58,332 nt of DNA from Deltaproteobacteria bacterium (GCA_032128115.1 JAQBHB010000034.1:1-58332); one strand, 5' to 3'; counted from the first letter of the stretch, positions 20,140 to 30,423 are shown. The notes: generated from the letters alone by a model not told the origin. Numbers and translations: made by a program.

Positions 20140-20666
20140 GCGAGTCCCGTCCCTCGTCGCGCCACCACCCCCACCGGCAGGATGCGCCGGCCCAGGTGGC
20201 CACCGCCGTGATCACCGTGAGCGATACCCGCACCCTCGAGACCGATACCGGGGGAGGCCGGGTGGTGGCGCTGCTGGAGGAGGGCGGTCATCCGGTGATC
20301 TCCCGCGAGATTGCCAGGGACGAGCCCGAAGCCATCCAGGCCGCCCTGCGCACCGCCCTTTGCCGGGACGAGATCCGGGCGGTGATCCTCACCGGCGGCA
20401 CGGGTGTGGCGCCGCGCGATGTCACGCCGGAGAGCGTCGTGCCGCTGCTGGACCGCCAGATCCCGGGCTTCGGGGAGCTCTTCCGTATGCTCTCGTTCCG
20501 CGACATCGGCTCGGCGGCCCTGCTCTCGCGGGCGCTGGCCGGGGTGGCGCAGGGGCGCGTGGTGTTCGTGCTGCCCGGGTCGCGGGGCGCCGTGGACCTC
20601 GCGCTTCGCGAGCTGATCCTTCCCGAGCTGGCCCACCTGGCCGCGGAGGCCGTCAAGACCCGCTGA
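20136..20666 (+). CDS. moaB: MogA/MoaB molybdenum cofactor biosynthesis protein
   Basis: [37 protein letters not shown]. Confidence 0.9.
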   Translation: MSESRPSSRHHPHRQDAPAQVATAVITVSDTRTLETDTGGGRVVALLEEGGHPVISREIARDEPEAIQAALRTALCRDEIRAVILTGGTGVAPRDVTPESVVPLLDRQIPGFGELFRMLSFRDIGSAALLSRALAGVAQGRVVFVLPGSRGAVDLALRELILPELAHLAAEAVKTR

Positions 20667-20687
20667 CTCCCGTCCGAAACGAAGGCG

Positions 20688-21995
20688 ATGTGGGCGCACC
20701 GCGCTTGGCCGCTGCTCGTTTCGCTCCTGCTCGCCGTGGTGGCCAGCGCCGAGGTCTACGTGTGGATCGATGCCGAGGGCGGCACCCACATGACCGACGA
20801 TCCGGAGCAGGTGCCCCCCTCCCGGCCGGACCGCGGCCAGGGCAGCCGCCAGGCTCTCACGGGGCTCTGGGACGAGGTCCTGGGGCCGGTGGGACGCAGT
20901 CGCTCGGCCCGGGAGGCTTCCAACCGCGGCGACGACCGCAGCCTGCGTCTGGTCCGCGGCGCCGTGTCGGACCTGGCGCGGGGTGAGACAGCACGGGCCT
21001 CAGCGGCTCTGGAGAGCGTGCTGCGCCTCGAGCCGGGCAATCCCCAGGCCCACTGGTACCTCGCCCTGCTCGACCGCCAACGGGGGCGCTACAGCGGCTC
21101 GGAGGCCCACCTGCTCGCGTTCCTGGCCTCCGCGGGCGACGATCTCGAGCCCTGGCGGGCCTCGGCAGAGCGACGCCTGGCCGCGCTGGAGGACGAACGC
21201 CATCTGGCCGACGAGGCTGCCGCCCGTCAGCCCGGCGAATGGCTGGGGATCTCCGGCGACCACTTCCGGATCCGCTACGACTCGGAGCTGGTGGAGGCTT
21301 CGCCGGACTACGGCGAGACGGTGCTGCGTTACCTGGGCGAGGCGCGCCAGACCGTGGCGGATCGCCTGGGCGCCGTACCCGCCGGCCCCATGGGCGTGAT
21401 CCTGTACGGGAAGGCCGCCTACCTGGAGGCGCATCGCCATCGCTTCTCGTTCCAGACCGTGGGTTTCTTCGATGGTCGAATCCACGTGGTGTCGGCCGCG
21501 CATCCAGCGGGTGAACTCCGGGCATTGCTCTTCCACGAGTACACCCATGCAGTCTACCGGGAGCAGACCGGTGGGGATCGTCCCTACTGGCTGAACGAGG
21601 GGCTCGCCGAGGCGATCGAGCGCGCATCGCGCAACCGCAAGGGGCTCACCCGCAGCGAGCGGATGTCGCTGCGGCGTCGCATCGACGATGGGCGCTGGCT
21701 CTCCCTGCGACGCCTGGCGCCGAGCTTTTCCGGCCTCGACGACGAGGATGCCCGGGCCGCGTACATCCAGGCCATGGCCGCCGCGGCCTGGATCGAAGAC
21801 CGCACCACAAAGGAGTCGCGAGCGCTCCTGCTGGCGCGCCTTTCCAGAGGGGCCAGCGACGACGAGGCGCTGCGCGAGGCCGTGGGGCTGGACACGGCGG
21901 GCATCGACGCCGCCGTGCGCGAAGAGATCCGATCCGAGTTCGCACCGGCTCCGGATGGCATCAGCGTGGCCCCTGCAGACGTCCCTGCTCCCTAG
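20688..21995 (+). CDS. Secreted DUF4124-like + TPR + gluzincin (peptidase MA-like) protein
   Basis: Signal peptide, [21 protein letters not shown]-like helices, HEYTH...WLNEGLAE. Confidence 0.75.
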   Translation: MWAHRAWPLLVSLLLAVVASAEVYVWIDAEGGTHMTDDPEQVPPSRPDRGQGSRQALTGLWDEVLGPVGRSRSAREASNRGDDRSLRLVRGAVSDLARGETARASAALESVLRLEPGNPQAHWYLALLDRQRGRYSGSEAHLLAFLASAGDDLEPWRASAERRLAALEDERHLADEAAARQPGEWLGISGDHFRIRYDSELVEASPDYGETVLRYLGEARQTVADRLGAVPAGPMGVILYGKAAYLEAHRHRFSFQTVGFFDGRIHVVSAAHPAGELRALLFHEYTHAVYREQTGGDRPYWLNEGLAEAIERASRNRKGLTRSERMSLRRRIDDGRWLSLRRLAPSFSGLDDEDARAAYIQAMAAAAWIEDRTTKESRALLLARLSRGASDDEALREAVGLDTAGIDAAVREEIRSEFAPAPDGISVAPADVPAP

Positions 21996-22681
21996 CCGAT
22001 CCCCTCATCGAGAGTGCGCGTCCCCTCCAGCAGCAGCTCGGTCATGCTGGCGCTGATGGTGGGCTCGGGCATCACGGCCCTGGGCTCGAACACGAAGTGA
22101 CCCGACGCGGCGTTCACGATCTCGAGTGCGGCATCGAATCCCAGCATGCCGTTGGCCTCGGCGTGTACCGGATGGCCCCGGTCGAGCCAGAGGACCCCCT
22201 CGAGCGCGCCCGAGTCCAGCTGGAGTCGGCCCGTCTTGCGACCGAGTTCGAGCACCTGCAGCACCGCGAAGGCGGGGATCTCGCACAAGCTGCCCCGGAA
22301 GGCTTCGCTCGGGCTCGGCGCCTGGGGCCGCGGGGTCGCCACGGTCTTCGCCTCGTGGTCGCCGCTGGCCGGATCGCCCCATTCCGCGTCCACGTGGCAG
22401 AAGGTGAGGGTGCTGTCGCCGATCTGGATGCGATCACCCGGTTGCAGCGTATGCTCGTCGACCCGCTCGCCGTTCACGTAGGTGCCGTTGGTGCTGTTCA
22501 GGTCGCGCACCACGAAGCCGGCCCGACCGGGCCCGATCTCCGCGTGGCGCCGCGACGCGTCGGAGCCCGGCAGGGTGAGTTCGCAGGTGCGGCTTCGCCC
22601 CAGGACCACTCGCTGGCGCTCCCGCAGCTGCCACGGGGGCCTGGGGGGCAGGAACAGCATGGGCTGGGGACCGCTCGCCAT
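21992..22681 (-). CDS. FHA domain + DUF4388-like protein
   Basis: LGRS...ASRRHA...DLNSTNGTYVNG (FHA); FRGSL...VLQVLELGRKTGRL...G..VHA...GHFVF (DUF4388-like). Confidence 0.85.
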   Translation of the reverse strand: MASGPQPMLFLPPRPPWQLRERQRVVLGRSRTCELTLPGSDASRRHAEIGPGRAGFVVRDLNSTNGTYVNGERVDEHTLQPGDRIQIGDSTLTFCHVDAEWGDPASGDHEAKTVATPRPQAPSPSEAFRGSLCEIPAFAVLQVLELGRKTGRLQLDSGALEGVLWLDRGHPVHAEANGMLGFDAALEIVNAASGHFVFEPRAVMPEPTISASMTELLLEGTRTLDEGIG

Positions 22682-22745
22682 GGCTTCTCGGGTCGGCAGG
22701 CACAGGCGCTGGCTTTACGCGGGGCCTTCCCCGTGGGGCCCGCGC

Positions 22746-23630
22746 TCACACCTTCGGACTCGCGTAGTACTCGAAGTCGACCAGGTTCTCCTTCAGGTAG
22801 TCGCGCAGCCGATTCACCAGGCGGACCTCCAGCTGGCGCACGCGTTCGCGCGACACGCTGAACTCGTCGGCCAGGTCTTGCAGGGTCTTGGGCTCCTCCG
22901 CCAGGATGCGCTCGTCCAGGATCTGGCGGTCGCGCTCGTCCAGTTCTTCGGCGAAGCCCCCGACCTTCTCCAGGAAGACATTGCGCAGCTCGGCGTTGGC
23001 CACGTTTTCTTCGGCCGTGTCGCCGCGGGCTGGCATGAAGTCGCCGTACTCGTCGCCGGAGTCGTCGCGTCGGGCGGGCGCATTGAGGGACAGGTCGCTC
23101 TCGGACAAGCGCTGCTGCATGTCGCGGACATCGTCCTCGCTGACGTCGAGGCGCTCGGCCAGCAGCTTCGGCTCCACCTCGATGCCCAGGCGTTCGAGTT
23201 CGCGCTTCTCCTTGTTGAGCCGGAAGAAGAGCTTGCGCTGGGCGCGCGTGGTGCCCAGCCGCACGATCCGGATGTTGTCCATCAGGTACTTGAGGATGTA
23301 GGCCCGGATCCAGTACGCGGCATACGACGAGACCTTGACGCCCTTGGTCGGGTCGAAGCGGTGGACGGCCTGCATCAGGCCCAGGTTCCCCTCCTGGATC
23401 AGGTCGAGGAGGTTGGTCCACGCGCGCCGGTACTCCATGGCGATCTTCACCACGAGACGCAGATTCGAGAGCACGATCCGCCGGGCCGCTTCGAGGTCGC
23501 CTTCCTCGACCCAGCGCAGGGCGAGGGCCTGCTCTTCTTCGCGCGAAATCGGCGCGTGATCGCGCAGCTCCGCCATGTAGCGGGTGAGTGCATCGACGGG
23601 CTCGATCGCCCGGTCGGAGCGGGAAGGCAT
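22746..23630 (-). CDS. rpoH: RNA polymerase sigma factor, RpoH/sigma-32 family
   Basis: SNLRLVVKIA, DLIQEGNLGLM, YAAYWIRA, RpoH-box-like QRKLFFRL, SRERVRQLE; start uncertain. Confidence 0.85.
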   Translation of the reverse strand: MPSRSDRAIEPVDALTRYMAELRDHAPISREEEQALALRWVEEGDLEAARRIVLSNLRLVVKIAMEYRRAWTNLLDLIQEGNLGLMQAVHRFDPTKGVKVSSYAAYWIRAYILKYLMDNIRIVRLGTTRAQRKLFFRLNKEKRELERLGIEVEPKLLAERLDVSEDDVRDMQQRLSESDLSLNAPARRDDSGDEYGDFMPARGDTAEENVANAELRNVFLEKVGGFAEELDERDRQILDERILAEEPKTLQDLADEFSVSRERVRQLEVRLVNRLRDYLKENLVDFEYYASPKV

Positions 23631-23691
23631 GACGCGGCGCCTCGGCCCGACCATAGCGCAGGGCCGCGCGCAGCTGGGCGGTTCTGCGGGC

Positions 23692-24111
23692 CTACTGCTT
23701 GAGCGTTCTGACGAAGGCGATGACGTTTTCGATGTCCGATTCGGACATCATGGCCTGCCAGGGTGCCATCATGACCGAGCCGCCATAGGCCGCGGCGCCG
23801 TTGCTGATCACGTTCTTCAGATCGGCGTCGGTGCCTTTCTTTCCGTCGCCATCCGTGTCGAAGGAGAAGGCGCCCTGGCTGAAGTCGCGGGGCTTGGGGG
23901 TCAGGGCTGCGGCTACCGGGCCGTCGCCCTTGCCAGTCATCCCGTGGCACGAGGAGCAATTGATCTCGAACAGGCCCTTGCCCGCCGCCGCGTCGCCTGC
24001 GGCGGCGAGACCCGGGGCCAGCAGCAGGCCCAGCAGTGCCGCGATGGTGGCCGCCCGCTGGGTGGCAGGTCCAATCCGGCCGCTGCAGTGGCCAACGGGG
24101 ATCTGGGTCAT
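23692..24111 (-). CDS. Monoheme c-type cytochrome
   Basis: Signal peptide, GDAAAGK, CSSCHG, PRDF, Met in VMMAPW as likely distal ligand; AAGGAG SD. Confidence 0.88.
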   Translation of the reverse strand: MTQIPVGHCSGRIGPATQRAATIAALLGLLLAPGLAAAGDAAAGKGLFEINCSSCHGMTGKGDGPVAAALTPKPRDFSQGAFSFDTDGDGKKGTDADLKNVISNGAAAYGGSVMMAPWQAMMSESDIENVIAFVRTLKQ

Positions 24112-24187
24112 GAGGGCTTCTCCTTGTTCAGGGTCACGAGAGCTGGGTCGCGAGAGGGCGGGAATCTAGGCAGCGACGGGTCGAGCG

Positions 24188-25738
24188 TCAATCGAAACGC
24201 TTGTCCTTCCAGTCCTGGAGGACGTCGAAGCACAGGCGGACGCCCACTCCCGTGGCCCCCCGTTTCTGGTAAGGCCCGGCGGTGGACGTCCAGGCCGTCC
24301 CGGCGATGTCCAGGTGGGCCCAGGGCGTCTCTCCCACGAAGTTCGACAGGAAGGCCGCCGCGGTGGAAGCCGAGGCCTCGCGTCCCGCCGAGTTCTTGAT
24401 GTCCGCCACGTCACTCCGGATCTTCTTGCGGTGGCCCTCCCACAGGGGCATGGGCCAGCAGCGTTCACCCACCGACTCCCCCGAGCGCCGGATGATCTCC
24501 ACCAGGCGGTCGTTGTTCCCGAACAGACCGCTGGCGAGCTTGCCGAGGGCGATGACACAGGCGCCGGTGAGGGTCGCCAAGTCGATCATGGCTCTGGGCT
24601 CGAACTCGGTCCGTGCGAAGTGCAGGGCGTCTGCCAGTACGACGCGTCCTTCGGCGTCGGTATTCAGGATCTCGATGGTTTTTCCGGACATGGCCTTGAC
24701 CACGTCTCCGGGGCGGTAGGCCGAGCCGCTGGGCATGTTCTCGGCGGCGGCCACGACGCCCACCACGTGCAGCGGCAACTTCAGGAGCGCACAGGCCCGC
24801 AGGGTGCCCACTACCGCGGCCGCACCGGACATGTCGTGCTTCATCTCTTCCATGCCCGCCGACGGCTTGATCGAGATGCCGCCGGAGTCGAACGTGATGC
24901 CCTTGCCCACCAGGCACACGGTGCTCGTGGCGGACTTGGATCGCCCCTTCGAGGCCGGTTTCGCCTTGGGAGGATTGTGCTCGAGCACGATCAGACGCGG
25001 GCCGTTGGCGCTGCCCCCCCCCACGGCCAGGATCGCGTTCATCTTGCGTCGCTTGAGTTCGGCCACGTCGAACACGCGCACGCGAAGTCCCACCTCGCGC
25101 GCCACCCGCTGCGCCCGGCGCGCCAACTCGGCCGGCGGCAGGGCGTTGGCCGGCTCGTCGGACAGGGCGCGGGCCACGTTCTGGGATTCGGCCAACACGG
25201 CGCCACGGGCTGCGCGCGGGCGCGCCGCCCGCACGTCCTGGGCGCGCTCGAAGGAAAGGGTCACGGCAGTGACCCGGCCGGGGCCCTCCACATTCGGGCT
25301 GCGGTGCGTGTCGAAGCGATAGCTCGAGATCACGGCCCCCTCGGCCAGGGCCTGGGCTGCGTCGGCCGCGCGCAGCTTGCGCGAGATCGGTACCGCCACG
25401 ACCAGCTTCGCGGCCCGGCGCGCCCCTGCCTGGGTCACGCTGGTGCCCGCGGCGCAGCGGAGGCTCTCGGCGTCCAGCGAGCTCTCCGCGCCGAGTCCCA
25501 CCAGCAGGATGCGCGCGGCGCGGACCTCGCCTTCCGGGTACAGCAGGAGCGTCTCCCCCGGTTTACCACGAAAGTCGCCACTGGCCAGAACCGAGCGGAT
25601 CCGGCCGCCCATGGCGCGATCGAGCGCGCCGATCCGGGCCGGCAGCCGGGGCTTGTTGCGGTCGACCGCGGTCAGGGGCAGGGCCAGGAGGTCGGCCGCT
25701 GTTTCTGCGAGAATGCTCGCCTCTACCGTGACACGCAT
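24188..25738 (-). CDS. pepA: Leucyl aminopeptidase (M17)
   Basis: VGKGITFDSGG, MKHDMSG, NTDAEGR, DLATLTGA, WAHLDIAG. Confidence 0.95.
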   Translation of the reverse strand: MRVTVEASILAETAADLLALPLTAVDRNKPRLPARIGALDRAMGGRIRSVLASGDFRGKPGETLLLYPEGEVRAARILLVGLGAESSLDAESLRCAAGTSVTQAGARRAAKLVVAVPISRKLRAADAAQALAEGAVISSYRFDTHRSPNVEGPGRVTAVTLSFERAQDVRAARPRAARGAVLAESQNVARALSDEPANALPPAELARRAQRVAREVGLRVRVFDVAELKRRKMNAILAVGGGSANGPRLIVLEHNPPKAKPASKGRSKSATSTVCLVGKGITFDSGGISIKPSAGMEEMKHDMSGAAAVVGTLRACALLKLPLHVVGVVAAAENMPSGSAYRPGDVVKAMSGKTIEILNTDAEGRVVLADALHFARTEFEPRAMIDLATLTGACVIALGKLASGLFGNNDRLVEIIRRSGESVGERCWPMPLWEGHRKKIRSDVADIKNSAGREASASTAAAFLSNFVGETPWAHLDIAGTAWTSTAGPYQKRGATGVGVRLCFDVLQDWKDKRFD

Positions 25739-25820
25739 CACCTGTCCTTTGCGTTCGCGCGGTTGGTTGAACCGGTTGGACCCTGTAACCTAGGCCCGAT
25801 CTATCCGAAGCGAGTGAGCC

Positions 25821-26567
25821 ATGAAGTGCATCATCGTCGGGGCGGCGATGGGGGGACGTCTCGCGGGCCTCGATGCGCTGAGCCTGGTGTGGCAGGCGAG
25901 TTGGCTGGTTCAGCTGGTCATCCTGCTGCTCGCCGTCCTGTCGGTCGTCTCCTGGACCATCATCGTGTTCAAGCGGCGCGAATTGCGCCGCGCTGGGCAG
26001 GATAGCGAGGCTTTCCTCGAGGTCTATCACGAGGGTTCGCTGGACTCGGCCTACGCTGCCGCTCGCGACCTGGAGCGAAGCCCGCTGGCCACGATGTTCC
26101 TGGCCGCCTATGGCGAATTGAATCGGGTGGCGCGCCTGACCGGGAAATCCACACCCGATCGCCTGGATGAGGGCCACTTCCAGGTGATCACGCGACAGAT
26201 CGCCTGGACCCAATCGCGCGAAGGTCTGCGTCTGGAGCGGGGGCTCTCGTTCCTGGCGACCACCGGGAGCGCCGCACCGTTCATAGGCCTGTTCGGCACG
26301 GTGATCGGCATCATCAATGCCTTCCAGGGCATCGGACAGGCCGGCTCGGCGAGCCTGGCGGTGGTGGCGCCGGGCATCGCCGAGGCGCTGATCGCCACGG
26401 CCGTGGGGCTGTTCGCGGCCATCCCCGCCACCGTCTTCTACAACGACTTCGTGCGTCGACTGCGGGGCTTGACCATGTCCATCGACCTGTTCGCCACCGA
26501 GTTCGAAGGCGACCTGCGGCGCCTGGCCAGCCATCCCTCCCCGCCGGTCCGTGCCGCGCGAGGTTGA
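25821..26567 (+). CDS. tolQ: TolQ
   Basis: FLATTGSAAPFIGLFGTV, VVAPGIAEALIATAVGL. Confidence 0.9.
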   Translation: MKCIIVGAAMGGRLAGLDALSLVWQASWLVQLVILLLAVLSVVSWTIIVFKRRELRRAGQDSEAFLEVYHEGSLDSAYAAARDLERSPLATMFLAAYGELNRVARLTGKSTPDRLDEGHFQVITRQIAWTQSREGLRLERGLSFLATTGSAAPFIGLFGTVIGIINAFQGIGQAGSASLAVVAPGIAEALIATAVGLFAAIPATVFYNDFVRRLRGLTMSIDLFATEFEGDLRRLASHPSPPVRAARG

Positions 26568-26569
26568 GC

Positions 26570-26986
26570 ATGGCCGTGAGCGCGCCGCGTCCGGGCTCTG
26601 CGCACCGGCCCCTGTCGGAGATCAACGTCACACCCTTCGTGGACGTGATGCTGGTGCTGCTGATCATCTTCATGGTGACGGCGCCCCTGATGCAGCAGGG
26701 GGTGGATGTGGATCTGCCGGAGACCACCACCCAGCCCCTGCGGCTGCAGGACGAGCCCCTGATCCTGACGGTCCAGAAGAACGGCACGTACTTCCTGGCC
26801 CGCCGTGAGATCCCCCGAGAGGAGCTGCGCGACAAGCTGGTGGCGATCTTCGAGGGACGCGATAGCAAGCAGATCTTCCTGCGCGCCGACAAGGACGCCG
26901 CCTACGGGCTGGTGGTGGTCGCCATGGCGGCTGCGCGCGAGGCCGGGGCCACGAAGGTCGGAATGGTGACCGAGCCCGAGTCTTGA
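26570..26986 (+). CDS. tolR: TolR
   Basis: SEINVTPFVDVMLVLLIIFMVTAP, LRAD...YG. Confidence 0.92.
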   Translation: MAVSAPRPGSAHRPLSEINVTPFVDVMLVLLIIFMVTAPLMQQGVDVDLPETTTQPLRLQDEPLILTVQKNGTYFLARREIPREELRDKLVAIFEGRDSKQIFLRADKDAAYGLVVVAMAAAREAGATKVGMVTEPES

Positions 26987-27026
26987 TCGACCCGGGAAAC
27001 CACGAAGCGCGAGGTGCGCAAGCGAG

Positions 27027-27791
27027 GTGCAGAGCGTGGCTGCGGGGGGGTTCGCGCTCCATGCGGAAGATCCGCGCCGGCGGGATTTCCGCCGGGCGCT
27101 GGTCGTGTCACTGGTGGCCCACGCGGTCCTCGTGGTGCTGTTCGTCGTGTCTCCCCAGACGCGGTATGCGGTTCCTCCCGGCGTGATCGCCGTGGATCTG
27201 GTGTCGCTGCCGGCGTCCCGCACAGCACCACGTCCGGCGCCCGAATCCGCGCCGCGCCCTGTCGCACGTCCGGCGCCCGCGAAGAAGATCGTGCTGCCCG
27301 TGGAGGCGGCCGCGCCCAAGCCCCAGGCGAAGCCGAGGCCCAAGCCCACGCCGAAGCCGGTGGTGGAGCCCGAGGCGCCGCCCGATGCCGGATACACGGA
27401 CGTGATGGCCCAGCTGCGGGAAGAGATGGGGGAGTCGGCCGAGCCCGCCGAAGAGGTGGCGCCGCTGCCGGATCGCCCGGAGGGGTCGCAGGGAGGCGGC
27501 TCGATCCGGGTGACGCCCGAAGTGGCCGCCTGGGTGCGCCTGACCAAGATCCACGTGCGGCGCAACTGGGTGCTCACGCCGGGCTTTCGCACCCAGAGCT
27601 TCGAGACCCACGTGCGCGTGGACCTGGATGCCAGCGGGCGCGTGCTTGGCGAGCCGCGCGTGACGAAGCGCTCCGGGAACCCCTGGTACGACGAAAACGT
27701 CGTGCGGGCCATCCTGAAGGCGAGTCCATTGCCGGCGCCGCCGGAGGCGGGGGCGTGGCCCTTCGTGTTCCGGCCCGAGGACTCCTACTGA
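27027..27791 (+). CDS. tolA: TolA/TonB-like energy transducer
   Basis: SLVAH TM motif, Pro/Lys-rich linker, C-terminal RRNW...SGNPWYD...RAI..ASPLP; lies between tolR and tolB. Confidence 0.8.
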   Translation: MQSVAAGGFALHAEDPRRRDFRRALVVSLVAHAVLVVLFVVSPQTRYAVPPGVIAVDLVSLPASRTAPRPAPESAPRPVARPAPAKKIVLPVEAAAPKPQAKPRPKPTPKPVVEPEAPPDAGYTDVMAQLREEMGESAEPAEEVAPLPDRPEGSQGGGSIRVTPEVAAWVRLTKIHVRRNWVLTPGFRTQSFETHVRVDLDASGRVLGEPRVTKRSGNPWYDENVVRAILKASPLPAPPEAGAWPFVFRPEDSY

Positions 27792-27807
27792 TGGACTCCT
27801 ACTGATG
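27779..27807 (+). repeat. 14-bp tandem duplication of the tolA-stop/tolB-start junction
   Basis: GGACTCCTACTGAT x2. Confidence 0.95.
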
Positions 27808-29151
27808 AGAAGCTGGAGAGCCGTTTCGGGGGCTGCGCTGGCGGTCGGGTTCGCCCCGATCGGGGTCGTCCTGATCGGGGCTACACCCGCCGCGGCCCAG
27901 GACCGGCCCACCATCGTGGTGACGCCGGGTGCCGCGCAGACCTATGGCGTCGCCCTGCAGCGCTTCGCGGATCGCTCGCCCACCCCCAGCCCTGGTCGGG
28001 CGCTGGCCTTCCGGCGCGCCATCGGGGATGCCCTGGAGTACTCGAACGTCTTCCGGATCGTGCCGCCCGAGGCCTTCCTGGGCCCCGAATCGACCGTCTC
28101 GCTCGACGCCCCACCGCCCGTCTGCTCCGACTGGACCGCCATCGGCGCCGACGCGCTGGTGGAGGGCGAACTGCTCATCGACGCCACCCAGGCGGCCGCC
28201 GAGTTCCGCCTCTGGGATGTGTCGCGATGCAAGCGCCTGGTGCGAAAGCGTTACCGGCAGTCGGGCGAGGAGGCATCGGTACTCGCGAACCGCATCGCCG
28301 ACGACATCATGGAGGCTTTCATCGGGCTGCGGGGGGTGAGCAGCACCGAAATCGCCTTCGTGTCCGATCGGACCGGCAACACCGAGATCTTCGTGATGGC
28401 TGCCGACGGCTCGAATTCGCGGTCGGCTACGGCCAACGGTTCGATCAACAACTTCCCCTCCTGGTCGCCCAGCGGGAAGTCCATCGTCTACACGTCCTAC
28501 CGCAAGGACAATCGCCCCATGCTGTTCCTGTCGTCCCGGGGGGAGAACCACCCCGGGCCGGTCTTGAAGGAGTTGGACGGCATGCCCCAGTACCGGGGCG
28601 TATTCGATCCCCTGGGCAAGCTCATGGCCGTGGTGATGAGCAAGGACGAGTCGACCGACATCTTCACGGTGCGCCCCGACGGTCGCCGCATCAAGCGGCT
28701 CACGCGGAGTCCGGCCATCGACATCGCACCGTCCTGGTCTCCCGACGGCGAGCAGATCGCCTTCGTCTCGGATCGCTCGGGGAGCCCCCAGATCTACATC
28801 ATGGACAGTGACGGCAAGAACGTGAGGCGACTCACCTACGAGGGCACCTACAACACCCACCCGGCCTGGTCCCCGGACGGGCAGTGGATCGCCTACGAGA
28901 CGCGCCTGGAGCAGCAATTCGACATCTGGTTGATCGATCCCGACGGAAGTGTCAACGTTCCCCTGGTTTCGCATCCGCGCAGCGACGAGTCGCCGGCGTG
29001 GGCGCCCAATGGCCGCAAAATCGCGTTCAGCTCGACGCGTCGGGGGCTTGCAGACATCTACGTGATGGACGTGAACGGAGACGGCCTGCGCCGGCTCACC
29101 CGGGAGGCCGGCAACAACAAGAGTCCGGCATGGGGACCATTTCCCCGCTAA
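27805..29151 (+). CDS. tolB: TolB
   Basis: Signal peptide, TolB N-domain (RIADDI), PD40 repeats such as PSWSPDGEQIAFVSDRSG. Confidence 0.92.
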   Translation: MRSWRAVSGAALAVGFAPIGVVLIGATPAAAQDRPTIVVTPGAAQTYGVALQRFADRSPTPSPGRALAFRRAIGDALEYSNVFRIVPPEAFLGPESTVSLDAPPPVCSDWTAIGADALVEGELLIDATQAAAEFRLWDVSRCKRLVRKRYRQSGEEASVLANRIADDIMEAFIGLRGVSSTEIAFVSDRTGNTEIFVMAADGSNSRSATANGSINNFPSWSPSGKSIVYTSYRKDNRPMLFLSSRGENHPGPVLKELDGMPQYRGVFDPLGKLMAVVMSKDESTDIFTVRPDGRRIKRLTRSPAIDIAPSWSPDGEQIAFVSDRSGSPQIYIMDSDGKNVRRLTYEGTYNTHPAWSPDGQWIAYETRLEQQFDIWLIDPDGSVNVPLVSHPRSDESPAWAPNGRKIAFSSTRRGLADIYVMDVNGDGLRRLTREAGNNKSPAWGPFPR

Positions 29152-29194
29152 CCTCCCGCCCCCCGCCTTCCGCCCCCCGCGAAAGGAGAGCCCG

Positions 29195-29944
29195 ATGGAG
29201 ATCCGTCGAAGTGCGCGGTGGGCGTTGGTGCTTCCGACCGCCCTGGCGCTGACGGGCTGTGTGACCGTGGCCGAGTACCGAAAACTCGAGCGCGACGTCA
29301 TGGACCTGAAGCGGGGCGGTGTGCCGAGCGGCGGCGGCGGCGATCGCCTGGCCGATCTGGCGGCTCAGCTCAACGACGTGCAACACGCAGTCACGAGCCT
29401 GGAAGGCCGCCTGGAGGTGGCCGAACACGACGCGCAGCTGGCCCTCGAAGAGGCCCGCGCCGCCCGGGCCGATGCCGCCGGCGCGCCGGGCGACGCGGCG
29501 GGTGTGGGATCGGCCCCGGTGACGTCTCCGGAGCCCGAAGCGGTGGAGGGCGTGGGCGGCGCCGAGGTGGCCGCTTATCGTCAGGCCTACGCCGCATGGC
29601 GCACCGGCGATCCCCAGGCCTGTATTGACCAGTTTCGGAAGTTTCTCCAGACTTACGCGGATTCGCTCTACGCCGACGACGCGGCGTATTGGATGGCGGA
29701 GTGCTACTTCAAAGACGGGGACTACAAGACAGCCGTTCTGAGGTTCGACGACGTCGTCGCGCGGTATCCCACGGGGAATAAAGCCGCGGACGCGCTGTAC
29801 CGACAGGGGGAGGCTCTGCTTCGCCTGGGTCCCGGATACGGCAAGGCGGCAGGCAAGGCGTTCGAGCGCGTGCTCCGGGAGTACCCCGATTCGGCGCGCG
29901 CTCCGGAAGCGAAACGGCGGCTCGATCTGTTGGGATCGGGCTGA
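29195..29944 (+). CDS. cpoB: Tol-Pal associated CpoB/YbgF TPR lipoprotein
   Basis: AAAGGAG SD, lipobox LTGC, coiled coil, TPRs (ADDAAYWMAECY, YPTGNKAADAL, YPDS). Confidence 0.85.
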   Translation: MEIRRSARWALVLPTALALTGCVTVAEYRKLERDVMDLKRGGVPSGGGGDRLADLAAQLNDVQHAVTSLEGRLEVAEHDAQLALEEARAARADAAGAPGDAAGVGSAPVTSPEPEAVEGVGGAEVAAYRQAYAAWRTGDPQACIDQFRKFLQTYADSLYADDAAYWMAECYFKDGDYKTAVLRFDDVVARYPTGNKAADALYRQGEALLRLGPGYGKAAGKAFERVLREYPDSARAPEAKRRLDLLGSG

Positions 29945-29956
29945 GCGACGAGGCCG

Positions 29957-30026
29957 CGGTGGCACCCTCGAGTGTCCCCCGTCGGAGGAGCCGGTGGCAC
30001 CCTCGAGTGTCCCCCGGCGGAGGAGC
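29957..30026 (+). repeat. 35-bp tandem duplication upstream of dksA, including the SD
   Basis: CGGTGGCACCCTCGAGTGTCCCCCG(T/G)CGGAGGAGC x2, 34/35 identical. Confidence 0.93.
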
Positions 30027-30034
30027 GGTAGGCG

Positions 30035-30397
30035 TTGAAGAAGCGGGATATAGAGAAGTTGCGCAAGCTCATGGTCGAGCAGCGCGATCAACTGATGGGA
30101 AACACCAAGAAGGCCCTTTCCGGCGACATCCACGTCGATCCGGATGACTTCCCGGACGAGATGGACACGGCCTCCTCCGAGGTGAATCTCCAGTTCACCG
30201 GTCGCCTGCGCGAGCGCGAGCAGGGGCTGCTGGCCAAGATCGAGGCCGCCCTGGAGAAGATGGAGCAGGGTGAGTACGGCGCCTGCGTGACCTGTGGAGA
30301 GGACATCGGCGTGAAGCGCCTGCAGGCACGACCGGTGGCCGAGCTCTGCATCGATTGCAAATCCGAGCAGGAGAAGCTCGAGCGCCGCACCGGCTAG
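30035..30397 (+). CDS. dksA: DksA/TraR C4 zinc-finger protein
   Basis: DEMDTA (DxxDxA), YGACVTCGEDIGVKRLQARPVAELCIDC; TTG start with GGAGGAG SD. Confidence 0.9.
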   Translation: MKKRDIEKLRKLMVEQRDQLMGNTKKALSGDIHVDPDDFPDEMDTASSEVNLQFTGRLREREQGLLAKIEAALEKMEQGEYGACVTCGEDIGVKRLQARPVAELCIDCKSEQEKLERRTG

Positions 30398-30423
30398 GAG
30401 CCCGCTCCGAGTCGCGCCCCCCA

